From: Paramoeba atlantica
Lineage: Eukaryota; Protista; Discosea
Assembly (NCBI GenBank): GCA_977017575.1
Contig: CDRNVI010000178.1
Coordinates: 124,001-188,000, forward strand
DNA: 64,000 nucleotides
Direction: 5' to 3'
Shown here: positions 24,955 to 37,384 of the stretch, in pieces
Layout of the letters: each line of letters starts with the position of its first letter
Numbering within the stretch: the first letter of the stretch is position 1
Translations under genes and position numbers: made by a program
The notes under the pieces: model-generated
Databases searched by the model: none
What the model saw: the letters and a program-made list of their open reading frames with translations, nothing else
What the model was told of the DNA's origin: nothing

Positions 24955-26231
24955 CTCAAGGCAATGGGCTAAATTTAGCACCAGTGGGCCATTATTTGCC
25001 TTCACTTTTTATTGCCATTTTGTTTTTGGATTCATGAATGAATTTAAAAGAAATGTGAAAGTTTATTCTTCAAGGTCCATTGAAAGTAGCCAATTTGTTG
25101 CTTCTTTTATGAGAGAATCAGAAGGAACTCTAAAAGTCAGGGAAGAATCACATGTGGCTGTGCATTTTTCAGGCCTTTCTCCCCATGTTTCTTTCACATT
25201 TTTGGACCCAGACTTTGCAGTGAAAATCGGTTTTTCACTGTGACCCATTTTTAAAAAAGCTTCAAGCAAGCCATACATTCAGGTGAAGTGAGGACTCGAA
25301 CTTGCTTTGTTCTAAAAATTATCTTTCCTCCAGCTTCTTTTCTTTGTTCTTTTTCTTCTTCCAACTTCTTCTTCTTCTCATCTCTTTCCTTTACTGCCTC
25401 CTTGATAGCATTGATTTTCTTTTGCTTTTCTTGATCTTGTTCTTGGACTTGAAACTTTTTAACTTCTGCAATCATTTTCAACAGCTCCAATGGAAAAAGA
25501 CTGACTTGTTTCCAGGAATTTTCAACCACATGACTCATATTCTCTTTTTTCAACACTTGAGCAACAAAGCAGGTGATATCACAACTTTTGACCACAAGTG
25601 AGAAGGCAACATAAGATTGCAAATCTTGATCCAAATTAATTTTGAATTGTTGATTGACTGACCAGTCATTTGGTTGCAGAATGCTCATTGTGTAGGAAGG
25701 AAGACAGACATGTGAACTTTTCGAATGTTCATGACACTCTGCTGGAGTGTACAGTTGACAGTTTGACAACTTACAAGAGGCAGATTGGGCTTATTGGAAA
25801 ATTTTTGCATCCACTCAGTGACCTCTGTTCTGGTGAATTGGGTGTCTGTAGAACTTTTGACTGAGAGCATAAAAATTTCCAAATCTTGTTGATTTTTTTT
25901 CAAAAGATATCATGGTTTTCCAGGACTGAGAGGCCCCCTCTGATGAAACCTTTGCAGTGTGCCATGATTGACTTGAAACTGAGTTGCTACTGCTCTTCAT
26001 GAATCCCCAGTTTTTTGCTTGTAAGCAATTGCTGCAGCTAACTGGTTTGTTTTTCCCATTTTTTATCTTTCAATAAACCTTTACAAAAGAGAATTGATGT
26101 TTATTCTTCTCTATTTCATTGAAAAGGGGAAAGAAAATGGAAAGAAAGGTGGGGTGACTGAACAAGAATTTTTCAAGAAAAGTGGCAGCAAATAATGGTC
26201 CACTGGTGCTAGATTTAGCCTGTCGCCCTCA
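24955..26231 (-). mobile_element. Internally deleted pogo-like (DDE_1) DNA transposon inside gypsy family 2
   Basis: ~50-bp TIRs (GGCTAAATYTAGCACCAGTGGRCCATTATTTGC); HVCLPSYTMSILQPNDWSVNQQFK motif; TSD not clearly resolved. Confidence 0.75.
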
Positions 26232-26249
26232 ATCAAGATGATACTAAGA

Positions 26250-27265
26250 AATTAAGAATCTCAGTTGAAGGTGTTCATTCAGTTTTTTCCTTTTGAAAAA
26301 TAAGTTCCTTTAGGGATAATCATGTTTGATGTGAAGAGGAGGAAGTTTCTATAGATGAGATCCAGTGGGAGAAAAAGAAGGTTGATATACTTCTTCAGAG
26401 TGTTGAAAGTGCTTTGGATGTGAATGCTAAGCTTCCAACAAGCAGTTTTTGTAATTTGATTAATTCAGAATTTCAAGTTGTTCTTAGAGATTCTGATCCT
26501 GTGTATACTCAACAATATCTGATTCCCTGGAATATTCAGCCTGCAGTTTGCCAGAGAATCAAAGAATGGGTGGACAATGGTTAGGTTAAGAAGTGAAATA
26601 AGAATTCAAAAAATGTTTGGAATTCTTCTCTCCTGGCAGTGCCAAAACAATCTAATGGTGTGAATGAGGCTGATGATATAAGATTGTGTATTGATTTGTG
26701 AAAAGTTAATTCAAAGTCAAAGGAACCAATTTATACTTTGCTAACACCTGTTGAAAAGTTTAAAACAGTTGGTGATGCAAAATTTTTCACTGAAATTGAT
26801 TTGTTTAGTGCTTACCACCTTATTAAAGTGGAGGAAGATAGTCAACCTCTGCTTGGTTTTGTTGATCCTTAAGGAATTCAGTATGTTTGGATGAGATTAC
26901 CTTTTGGTCCCAAAGGTGCAGTTACCCATTTTCAGGCTTAAGGTGAGAGAATGATTTTAGGAATTGAAGATGTGATTTCTTACTTGAATAATTTTTTAGT
27001 TGCCTCTCAAATGTTCAAATCTCACTGTGAAAGTGTAAAAAGGGTAATTGAAGCATTGACAGAGGTGGGTTTTCCAATCAATCATAAAAAATGTAAGTTT
27101 CTGATGAAAAAATTGAAATTTATGAGTCATTTAATTGATGGTAATTCTTGCTTGATTGACAGTCACAAGATTAAAGTGGCTGCCAAGATTGCTTGTCCAG
27201 TTACTAGGAAACAAGTGGAACAAATGTTGAGTTTTTTCAATTTTTTGAGAGACTTTATTTCAAAT
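26250..27265 (+). pseudogene. Decayed gypsy RT
   Basis: WNSPLLAVPK...IRLCIDL...IDLFSAYH...RLPFGPKGAVTHFQ...SYLNNFLV. Confidence 0.85.
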
Positions 27266-27689
27266 GAGTTGACACCTGTAGTTTAGTCATAAATTCAACT
27301 ATGTTCAACCCCAGGGGGGTGAGTTCAAATCCCAGTTTTTTAATATTTTAGAAAATTTTTCTGGTGCTGTAGAGTGATTTGATTGGAGTGAGGAGCTTTT
27401 GAAAAAGTGTGAAAATCAGAACAGGTTACATTTCAGCTCTGTTTGTTAAAAAGTTGAGGATAAATTCCTTTGGAAAGAACTTTGGATTATTCTTTCTTTT
27501 GATGTACATTCTCCTGCCTGAACTTGCAGAAGTTCTAAAGTTCAGCATAAAGACTAACTAAACTAAACTGAAGTTTAAAACTTCACCTCTCATTAGAGGT
27601 TAAAAACAAATATAATTTAATATAATTCAAATGACTTAAATTAAAAACTACTAATTGAATAAAGTTTGCCTCAAAAAGAAAAAAAAAAA
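27266..27689 (+). mobile_element. SINE family 2, full length
   Basis: Head TAGTTTAGTC...GAGTTCAAATCC, shared core, AATAAA + poly(A). Confidence 0.85.
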
Positions 27690-28189
27690 GACTTTAAACA
27701 GATTATTGCCATGTTGTTGTAATGTTGCATTTTGTTGCAAGACAAAGTGGCAAGCAGTTCATACATCATCACAAGGAGACAACAAGCCAATAGAATGAGA
27801 AAAACTTTAAAAGAAAGGTTTCAATCCATTTTAGTCATTTAGACAATTCATTCTTCTGCTAGCCACATCATTTCACTTGATCAGTACATCAAAAACCCTG
27901 ACAATTTCTCAAGAAGATATAGTAGATTTTCTTAAAAACATTGTTGCTTAACCTGATGCTGAGAAGGGGGTTATTATAATTGAGAATGAGGATGAGGCTT
28001 CCTTGGACTTGAACAAACCTCAGTTCTCATCTGATCCAATTTCTGGAAGCAAATGGTCAATAACTATTCACAACACCAAAACTGCTTGAAAAATCCTAGA
28101 TGGGATGAATTTCCAGTGTAAGTGGGAGTATAGAGTGGTGCATCTCTACTACTAATCCAAACAGAACAAAGAAATGGATCAGTTTAAAT

Positions 28190-30420
28190 TTCTTAAATTT
28201 ACTATGTTTTCTACAACTTCTGCTCAAAGTACAATAAAAGCAATACAAACCAAATTCATGATGAAACACAAATTTGGACAAAACAAAATGCTCTCTAATC
28301 AGAAAAACACAGAGGAAACAACAAAACAACACCAAATCAAGAAGCATCTTTGAGAGTCAAAACACTCTCACAACTTGACACCCCCCACAAGTGTACATTT
28401 CCACTGAAAATTACATGACAAAACAAAAAATCACAACAAAAAAACAAAAATAAAACTTCCAACAACCACTTACAACAACATCACAGAACAGAAATAATCA
28501 CTTCTTTTGATAAAAGTTATATTTCTTACTCTTTGAAGCCTCTAGATAATATTTTCAAATCAAATCATCAGCAAAAAAGTCAGTTGCAGAAATCCACAAC
28601 TTTTCATCAAACCCTTTCCATTTAACTTGATATTCTTTCTTGCTAACATTACCACAATCTTCCAAAATTTTCTCAACTTTATAAAGTTCATCAACTTTAA
28701 CTTCAGCTTTTACCACTTTCAATCAAGAAATTGAAACCTTGTTAGCATAGGGAGTCTCTATCAAATAAATCAAATTATAACCCTTAGTCTTTGAATCATA
28801 ACTTTTAATTTTAAAAGATCCTTCCCATTCCTGTTGCCATTTCATCTCTTTCATGTATACTTTTTTCATCACAGTTGTTCCAACTTTCAAAGGTTTGTCT
28901 TTGAGAATTTTCTTTTCCTTTCTCTTAGAATTCTTTAACTTACAATTTAACTTTCCTGAAGCAGCAGAAAGTCTTGCAAGGGCTGGATAAACCATATGAA
29001 TCAAATTTCAATTCCTTTCAAGTAAATTGTTCTGGAGTCATGACTTTCAGTTCAATCTTTTTATAATTCCTCACTTGATTCACTTTTCAACTGAACATAC
29101 AAGCAAATGGCATTGACTTGTGATGAGAAATATATCAATCATTCAGTAAAAGTTGAATCACAGGTAAAATTTTTACCTAATAAGTACCCTTACCATGCAT
29201 CATCTTTTTTAATATATTATTAACTTCCTTAACATACCTTTCAACCATACCATTTTAAGCTGGGAAATATTTCAGAACTTTTCTAGAATGAGCTTCAGTG
29301 AGTTCTTTAAACTTATTCATTGATTTGCTCATAAATGATGGATCTTGGTCACTTTGAATTTCCCAGGGAAACCCAAAATTACAAAACACTTCCAATAAAA
29401 CTTCAGCAACAGCTTCTAAAGATTTTGATTTCAATGGATGCAAAAATACAAAACAAGTCACACAATCAATGATAATAAGACCCACAGTAAAACCATTTAA
29501 TGTCTCAGGAAGACCACAAATAAAATCAATTGCTATCAAGTTCATCAGGAGAGTGACAGAAACTGAAGTCAATAGATGAAAACCAATCTTTCCAACATAA
29601 AAGTGAAGACACTCCATACAACCAACACAAACTTTTTCTACCATTTTTCATATATTTGACCAATAATACCTTGAGCAAAACAAATTGTTGAATGTTCCAA
29701 ACACTTCCATATGACTTTCATTATATTTGTTTTGAACTAAAGACAATTTGTTTTTATCAATGGGTTCACATTTATCAATCACAGAATTTAAAAATTCCTC
29801 AAGTCTCTCTTTTGTATACACTCCTGGTTCAGAATTACAATTGACATTTCTAACATCCAACCCAACCAAAGGTAACTCATACTCCACAGGAACTTCTTCT
29901 TTAACACAACAACAGGAAAGAAAATCAGGTAAAATATTCTCTATTTCTTTAATAAAGACAATGGTAAAATCATACTGAAGAAGAAAATCAAACCAGTCAA
30001 GTATTAGAAATAAAGTTGATGAATTCAAATATGTTAAAGCTTTGTAATCAGTTTCCACAACAAATTTTCTTCTCAAAAGATAATATTGAAATTTTTTAAA
30101 CAAGAAAACAATTGCTAATAGTTCCCTCTTAGGAGTAGAATAGTTTCACTGACCTGCTTGAAGAGTCTTCAAGCATAGCATAACATATTTCTTCAAACCA
30201 TTTTCAATTACTTGATACAAAACCACATTAACAGCTTTTTGTGACACATCACAAGCTACCTGAAATTCCAACTCCTAATCAAGTTGAGACAGAACAAGCA
30301 CATGTTCTACCACATATTTCAAATCTTGGAAAGCTTTCTCTTCAGCTTCCCCCCAAGGAAAAGTAATTTTTCTCAATTTTCTTAACTTCTCCAATGGGGA
30401 TGCTATTGAAGCAAAATTTG
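28190..30420 (-). mobile_element. 3' half of gypsy family 2 (RNase H-integrase-PPT-3' LTR)
   Basis: FQVACDVS...RELLAIVF...VETDYKAL; IAIDFI...EIQSDQD; PPT GTGGGGGG at 28381-28388; LTR starts TG at 28380. Confidence 0.85.
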
Positions 30421-30589
30421 AAATTCATCTTTCTTTCCAGAGAAGGTCCACTGGAGTTTCAACTTTCCCACAAGAGACTCAGCCATAGAGAGCTCATTAA
30501 ATTCTTAATCCAAACAAATCCATGAACAACATAGCCACACAAACATAATTTGGTACAGAGAATTTACAGACTGATTTATTGATAAGAGA

Positions 30590-32760
30590 ATAGCAATCAA
30601 AAATGGAACAAAGGATTGATGAATTTGGGGCTTTGTTGTGCTTAACAGATGACTTCAACACAGGTGTGGAAGCTGAGGTAATAAGAAACAGAAAGTGTGT
30701 TTATGAGTTTATTCTAAACTCAACTGAAGGGAATGCCTTCTCTATTGTCAATAATAAGAAGAATGTTCAAGGCAATTCTAAAAAGGTGTGGACTGTTTTA
30801 AAAACAAAATAAGAACACAAAGGTGCTGCTGAGGCTCAGTTATGGATTGTTAAGTTTAATTCCTTGTGGTATGAACCAGGTATAAGTGCCACTGATTTTA
30901 TTAACAAAATTGATTCAGTTCTGATCCAAGTCCAAAAACATGATGGTGTGATTGAAAATTCAACAATCATACACAAGATCCAGGCAACATTTCTCCAACA
31001 TCAAAACTACAAAGCAACAATTTCAATATCCATGACTACTCCAAACCTGCCATATAGTGAATTGAGAAAATCACTTTTGAATGTTGATTCAGTCTTGAAA
31101 TCCTCCCTGGTGCTCAAACATTCATACCAACCTCAGATTGATCCATCCCAAGAGTCAAGAGAAGAGGAGATTGCTTGTTGCGCATCAAGAAGATTCCCAT
31201 ATAACTGCTTCCATTGTGGAAGGTTTAACCATTGAAAATCTGAATGCTGGTCTTGACATCTTCCTCAAAACCCTAGAGCAAAAGCTGCTGAGGAGATGTT
31301 TCTTGCTTTTCAAAACCAATCCACATGTTGAGCAACTGGTGATGAGCAATACCAACTTTTACTTCAAATAAGTGAAATTTTGAATAAAATGACCAAACCC
31401 TATCCTCCTTTGATAGTTGATTCTGGCTCCTTTCCCTCAATTGTTCCTCCACACCCAAATCTCTCAGATGTTTGCAAAATTCCTTTAAAGAATGCCATTC
31501 AAGCTAATGGTTCTTTGTTGCACATTGATGTGAAAGCAAAATGTGATGTATTTCCTTTTTGCCTAAATTTGGAAGTATTTGTATCTCCTAATGTGAACAA
31601 ACCTTTGCTTTCTGTTTCTCAATGTTGCCAAGATTTGAAGCTTTCTGCAATTCTGAACTGGAAAGGGGTTTGATTTGTCCAAGAAGAAATTTCTTTTGTT
31701 GAAAACAAGATTGTAGGATGTGGTACCTTACAAAACAGAAGTTATATTTTTGATCCAGCAAATGTCCTTGGAGAAAATGGTCAAAATCAAATTCCAGAAG
31801 AGAAACACCAAGCCCATTGGAGTGAAATCCAAGAATCGATTGAATCTAAGTTGAATATGAAATCTTGAACCAAGAAACAGGCTCCCTTCATGTTTGATTG
31901 ATCATTGGAAAATGAAGAGAATACCTGGCACAACCATTGTGGACATTTCTCTAATACCTTGACAACTTTGAAATCTAATGCTGTAATTGAAGCCCCTGAA
32001 CTTATTTTCCCAACCAAAAGAAAATCCTGTCTTGCATATATTGCTAGTAAATTGAAACAATGTCCTTACAACCAAAGAATTGAGAAAACTGAGTGGTTAC
32101 CTGGTGAATCACTTTGTATTGATCATTAGATGATAGAGATTCCCTCTCTTGGAGGTGCAAGATATGAATTTAATGTTTATGATGAAGGCTCTGAGAAAAT
32201 TCTTGGTCTCAGCTCAAAGGACTGAAAATCTGCAGAAAACCAACTTGCTCAAATTGTTAAAACTGTGGAATGACAAACTGGGAACAGAATAAAAAGAATT
32301 GTTTGTGATAATGCAAGCAAATTTGTGGGCAAAAACTCTGACTTAGGAAAGCTAATCAAAGAAACTGGAATTCAGCTCATTTTTTCTGATGACTACACTT
32401 CAAATGAGAATTTGAAAGCTGAGAATGCACATAAAATGAGAAGTAAGATTGCTCAAATGATTTGAATTTATACTCAACTCCCAAAATCCTTTTGGGCAGA
32501 AGCAAGTCAGATGATGAAAATTATTAAAGGTATAATCCTGACCAAAGAACAAAACCAAACACCTGATAAAAAATTTTATGGAAGAAAATCTGATATTCAA
32601 ATCCTCCATGCTATGGTTTTGCTTGGGTCCCCAAAGAGTTAAGAAAGAAACAAGACATTTGAAGTTGCCCTGGAATTTACCTTGGACCTGGCTTGCCTAC
32701 ACAAGAACATTGACTGTGGGACCCATTAACAAAAACAGTTTTTCAAGCAAGTACTATTCT
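30590..32760 (+). pseudogene. Ty1/copia family B gag-protease-integrase, decayed and truncated
   Basis: Copia gag; CFHCGRFNH*KSEC knuckle; protease IVDSGS; WHNHCGHFS; integrase with IVCDNA and PKSFWAEA. Confidence 0.85.
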
Positions 32761-32762
32761 AT

Positions 32763-33420
32763 TTGATCAAGTCTAGTGATGAAGAACTGATTGATAACTT
32801 CTTTGATATGAACACAGTGTATGGTACAACTGAAATTTTTAATGTTAATCCAATGCCAAAACATAAAATGATTATTAGTAGAAATAAATCAGATTCAAAG
32901 TATCCTTGTGTATCTATTACTTGGGGGGATAATGAAGTTGATGTATAGACTGTTTTGAATATGAGGTGTTATCTTACTTTTATGAACAAAGAGGTGTTTA
33001 ACAAAATTGATGGTGAGAAATTTCCTTTCAAAAAGAGGGTGGTGGACTTCAATGAGCAAGATTCAAAGGAAGTGGTTCTCAATGCTGCAAAGTTTGTTCC
33101 AGCAAAAACTATGAATGGGAGTGCTAAGTTAATGGTTTGGTGCTGTTTTGTCCTGCTGGAAAATCGAATTTTGATGTCACTATGAGATGCTCAGAGGCTG
33201 GGGATCCATCTTGAAGGAATTTCTATTACTTTCTGCCATCAGAAAGAAGATTTTATTGAAGCTGATTAATCATTATCTGAGAAGATTGAGGGTCCTACTG
33301 GTGAAGAAACTCATTCAGAAGAGATGATTCAAAAAATTCAGGATGTTGTTGCTCTAGAGCTTGAGGAAAACTAGAAGTTACCTGTGAATACCAAATGTTC
33401 TCTTGTCAACTTGTTGTTTA
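32763..33420 (+). pseudogene. Gypsy protease-region fragment
   Basis: YPCVSITWGDNEVDV*TVLNMRCYLTFMN...ILMSL*DAQRLGI resembles a retropepsin. Confidence 0.5.
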
Positions 33421-33424
33421 AGAT

Positions 33425-35345
33425 TTTTCTTTTTTTTTTTTTAATTTTAGACATCAGAGATGCCATTTATTGAAATGAAGTGTAATCTGGACACCCAAGA
33501 ATACACTTAAATTAAATTATTATAATCAAGTAGGATCAACCCACTTCAGTGCCAACTTAGTGGCCAAAAGCTCTAATGTTTCTTTTTATTTCTCATTCAA
33601 ATCTCTTTCAAAATTCTTTTCTTCTCAACAGCCTTAATAGGCCTAATAATCTTCCTTACAATGGAAGGTCTCATTGCACTCTTCAACCAATGGTTCCTTG
33701 CTTGCTCATACTCCTCTCTCCATTTCTGGTTTTCTTTTTCAACAAAACTTTCTAACATCTCTCCAGGTGCAGCTCTTTCTGGAAACCACTTGACAATATC
33801 ATCTGAAATGAACACAGGAGAAATCATCACCCCATCCAGTGCAGCTTGTACTGGGAAGTAAACATTATTAGTTGTAATCACCTTGTCCTTAAACCTCCTC
33901 TTAAACTGAACTTTCTTCACAGGGAAGCTCCAATCCAAATCCAATGGTTCCATCACCCACTTCCACAGCTTGGAATTCTCAATAATCCATTCCTCACTGG
34001 TTGTTGCTAGTTGTTTCGATCTTGGATCCCAGTTCCTATCAAACACAGCTTCCATCCCATCCTCTTCCAAGTGACTTGCTGCTGTTGCAATCGCATCTGA
34101 CCTCTTGTTGAATTCGCGATACACATGAGTGTACTTCACTTTAGCAAATTTACTCTCAGCAATATTTCTGATCTTAGATAGGATCTCATTGAGCTCAAAG
34201 TTATCAATCGGTTTCGTCTTAGGTGCTGCCTCAGTCAGAATTTTACAATCTCCCACCATCTCTACATGTTGCCCAAAGCCAATAACTTGTTGTAGACCAG
34301 CTAAGCATCCTGAAAACTCACCCAAGTTATTTGAGCCTAGTGGGATTGTTTCAAATCCACCTCCAACCTCCAAACCTTCTCTTTTACCTTTGGGGGGAGC
34401 CTTTCTTATAGTTTGTTTGGGGATCATCTTGTTTGTCTTAGCAATTTCATCAAAAATTTTAACAGCAAAGCTTGGGGACTTCGATCCTTCTGCACATACA
34501 GTGATTCACAAGCTCAATAGGGCTGCACTCACTGCAGATGCTTCAGCCTTCTTTAGATACTGGTTCGTAAATCCACACACAAAGTCAGCACTCTCCCACC
34601 CAGGAATCTTTAAAACAAAGCATCTCCTCCCAATAGTTTTCAAAATTGCCTTAGCTTTCAGACATTCTTCAAGAAGGTGCACCCTTGACTCTTTGGCTTT
34701 CCTACACAGCCAACAAAGTGGACTCACAGATATAAAATAGGCAATCTTATCCACAGTTGGAAGACCCCTCAAAAAGAATTTCAAAAGGTTCCGCTTAATC
34801 TGGGGTCTTTGTGGAAGAGACAAATTATAGATCACACATTTCAAGCACCCATCCCCCACATAGAAATTCTCCACTCCCACAGAAATGTTCCGAGAGAGGA
34901 GAGAGAAGGATCTCTTGGTTTTGGAGCCCATCCTCACTTGTTCTGAGATAGCGCCACTAGCTTCCAAAGCATCAATCCTCATGGCCCCAATGGACAATGG
35001 ATTCCTATAATGATCTTGGAGAGGTTTCCTCAATATCAGCAGAGCCCAGTTAAACAGAATAGGGTGTCTAACTTGAGGTTTTTCAAAGAAGGGGGGACAA
35101 AGGGAGGTCATTACACAGGACTTTAGATTTGTATATGCACCTAAGGCTGAATGAATGGCCTTCCACATCTTCGAGGAGACAGCTTTCGAGATAAGCTTAA
35201 ATCTTGCCAAATAACCCACAAGGAATAAGGTAAGTATTGATCATCCAAACTCTCTCATTGAAGCTGCCTTTTCTTTGCTTAATTGCTGTTCCAACCTTCT
35301 GCATTTTCTTGATCACCCCTTCCCAGTTATATTATAAGCAGTCAA
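33425..35345 (-). mobile_element. 5'-truncated L1-like LINE: RT C-terminus, zf-RVT, RNase H, poly(A)
   Basis: NERVWMINTYLIP; GLPTVDKI...CWLC...ESRVHLLEEC; RNase H with a 105-nt deletion; T-run at ~33425-33442. Confidence 0.9.
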
Positions 35346-35919
35346 GGGAATTTTTAAAAAAAGATCATGGGCAATCTGATCAAGCTCAATAACAATAGAA
35401 TCAACAATTGTATCACATGAAAACTTGCTTGCAATATCACTCTCCAAAAAAGAAAGAGCACAAGGAAGATACTTTTCTTTTTGGTTTTTTTTTTAGTTTT
35501 TAGTTTTTAGTTTGTTTACACTTTGATGTGATGAGGGTTCAAGAGAGATGTAGCAATATAGAACAGAGTTTTCTCTTTTAAAAAAAAATTCATCTGCCTC
35601 AAGGAGTTTTCAAGAAGGAGTTTGGGTCTAAATAGAGTGAGCAGTTTGTTCAGACCTTTGAGAAAAAATAAAAAACAAAAAATAAAAAGTAAAAAAAAAA
35701 CAAAAAAAAAAAATAAAATGCTTGAATAAAATCATTTTGGCTGTATTTTTCTACTAAAAAAAAAGAAAAAAAGTAATTTAAAAAGAATTCAATACAAAAA
35801 TTGCTACTTTCTTTCCTTTCTTTCAAATTTTTGATTCTTTTTTTTAAAATGCTCATTAAATTCAATCTCAAAAGAAAAAAACAAATTCAATCAGAAAGAA
35901 AAAAAAGAAAGAGATTAAA

Positions 35920-37248
35920 AATGAATGTTTTGCTCTGTCAATCAATTACTTATGATTTTTTCTTTTCTTCTTCATGGACATTATTGCCAAAAAACCCTTT
36001 TCCTCTCTCAACATTATTGTTACTTCCTGTTTGTCTTTCAGAACCATCATATGAGAATAGTTTCTACTCTCCTCCTTCACTTTTATTATTTGATCATTTT
36101 CATTTTCAGACTATAAGAGAATTTGTAAAAACAAATAAGAGCTTAGTGTCTTGGAAAGTGGTTCATATGGACTCTCAAAACCAATAGATTATTCAAAACC
36201 AAGATGATCATATTATTCTAACAAGAAAACTGGAGAGAAAGCACTGTTGTTGATGAGAACTTATTTTGAAACCAAATCAGTGGAGCCAGTTCCAGTTCTT
36301 TTTAAATTTTTTGAAGTTCCAAAACAAAATTCTCAAACAACAACAATTCTCTTTGATGATGTGAACAGGATTCCATTAGATCACCTCTCAGATTCAAGCT
36401 GGAAGGCTCATTTTCTTGGTGCCACTAAAGATTTTTATCAAAAATTGGCAAATCTAAGTTGTAATACCCAACAAAACCTTTTGAAAGATGAGAATTTATT
36501 GAAGAAATTGACCAGAAATGTTTATTTTAAATTGGAGAATGGCTTGAAGGATATGTTTTGGTTGGAATTAGTTGAATCTCCTGAAGAGGTATATGAACTC
36601 TCAATTCTTCAATGTTTTATATTTATTCTATTATTATATTATCAAACAAAGAGAAATTATCAAGGATGGTGTTTGTTAATGATGGAAATTCATGTAAAGC
36701 AAGCAAATCCAATTCAGGAATATGTTCAAGCAAGTCAAACAAATGATATGATTATTTCATTTGTGGAATCTTTTTTTAGAGGATATGTGATCTTTGAGTT
36801 ATATTTCAAAAAATGAATTTCTTCAACAATCAAAGAGATATCTTCATCTTCCCCACCTCCATCAATATTTGATAAACAGAGAGAATGCATTGAAGACATT
36901 TACAAAAAGTTTAATGTAACTGGACAGCAAATAACTCTTTCAACACAGATTTTCCGCTTGATTGAAGAATTTTGGCTCTTAATTGCTTGTGGGATAGTTT
37001 TTCATCATCACAAAAAAGACATTGGGCTTTCTTTTCTCTTTTATTTAGGATTTGGATGGGAAAATACACCTAGTTTTGGACTTACTGAGTTGGGTTACAT
37101 TTGAAAACACAGTTTTGACTTTGTTGCTGGTATTCGAGCAGCAATATATTATTATATGTCTTTGAAAAATGAAAATAGATTTTGAATTATGGGTGCTGGG
37201 TTTGTGAATTCAATATCTAAAAAAAAAAAAATAAAATTACCACCTTAA
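35920..37248 (+). pseudogene. TET/JBP-like 2OG-Fe(II) dioxygenase homolog A
   Basis: Aligns over ~200 aa with 56869-57588; CGIVFHHHKKDIGLSFLFYLG...GLTELG...IRAAIYYYMSL...RF*IMGAGFVN; three in-frame TGA in the aligned part; 5' boundary approximate. Confidence 0.55.
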
Positions 37249-37384
37249 CAACCATCAAAAAGTTGCTTACAACACCTTTAAATACTAGATTGTTACCAAA
37301 AAAAATAGACCTAAACTTTATTTTTTCAATTTATATTTTTTCAAAAATTGGATGTAGTGTACAGGTCCTGATGATCATCAATAT

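Noticed and set aside
35320-35360. TSD for the 33.4-35.3-kb LINE copy
   Set aside because: No convincing match to the poly(A)-side flank, so the 5' boundary is approximate.
36814-37185. UGA=Trp (or UAA=Gln) alternative genetic code
   Set aside because: Conserved Trp sites in the young pol and LINE copies use TGG, sibling copies show TGG/TGA and CGA/TGA polymorphism, and other TGAs fall at Arg positions. Mutation explains the stops better.
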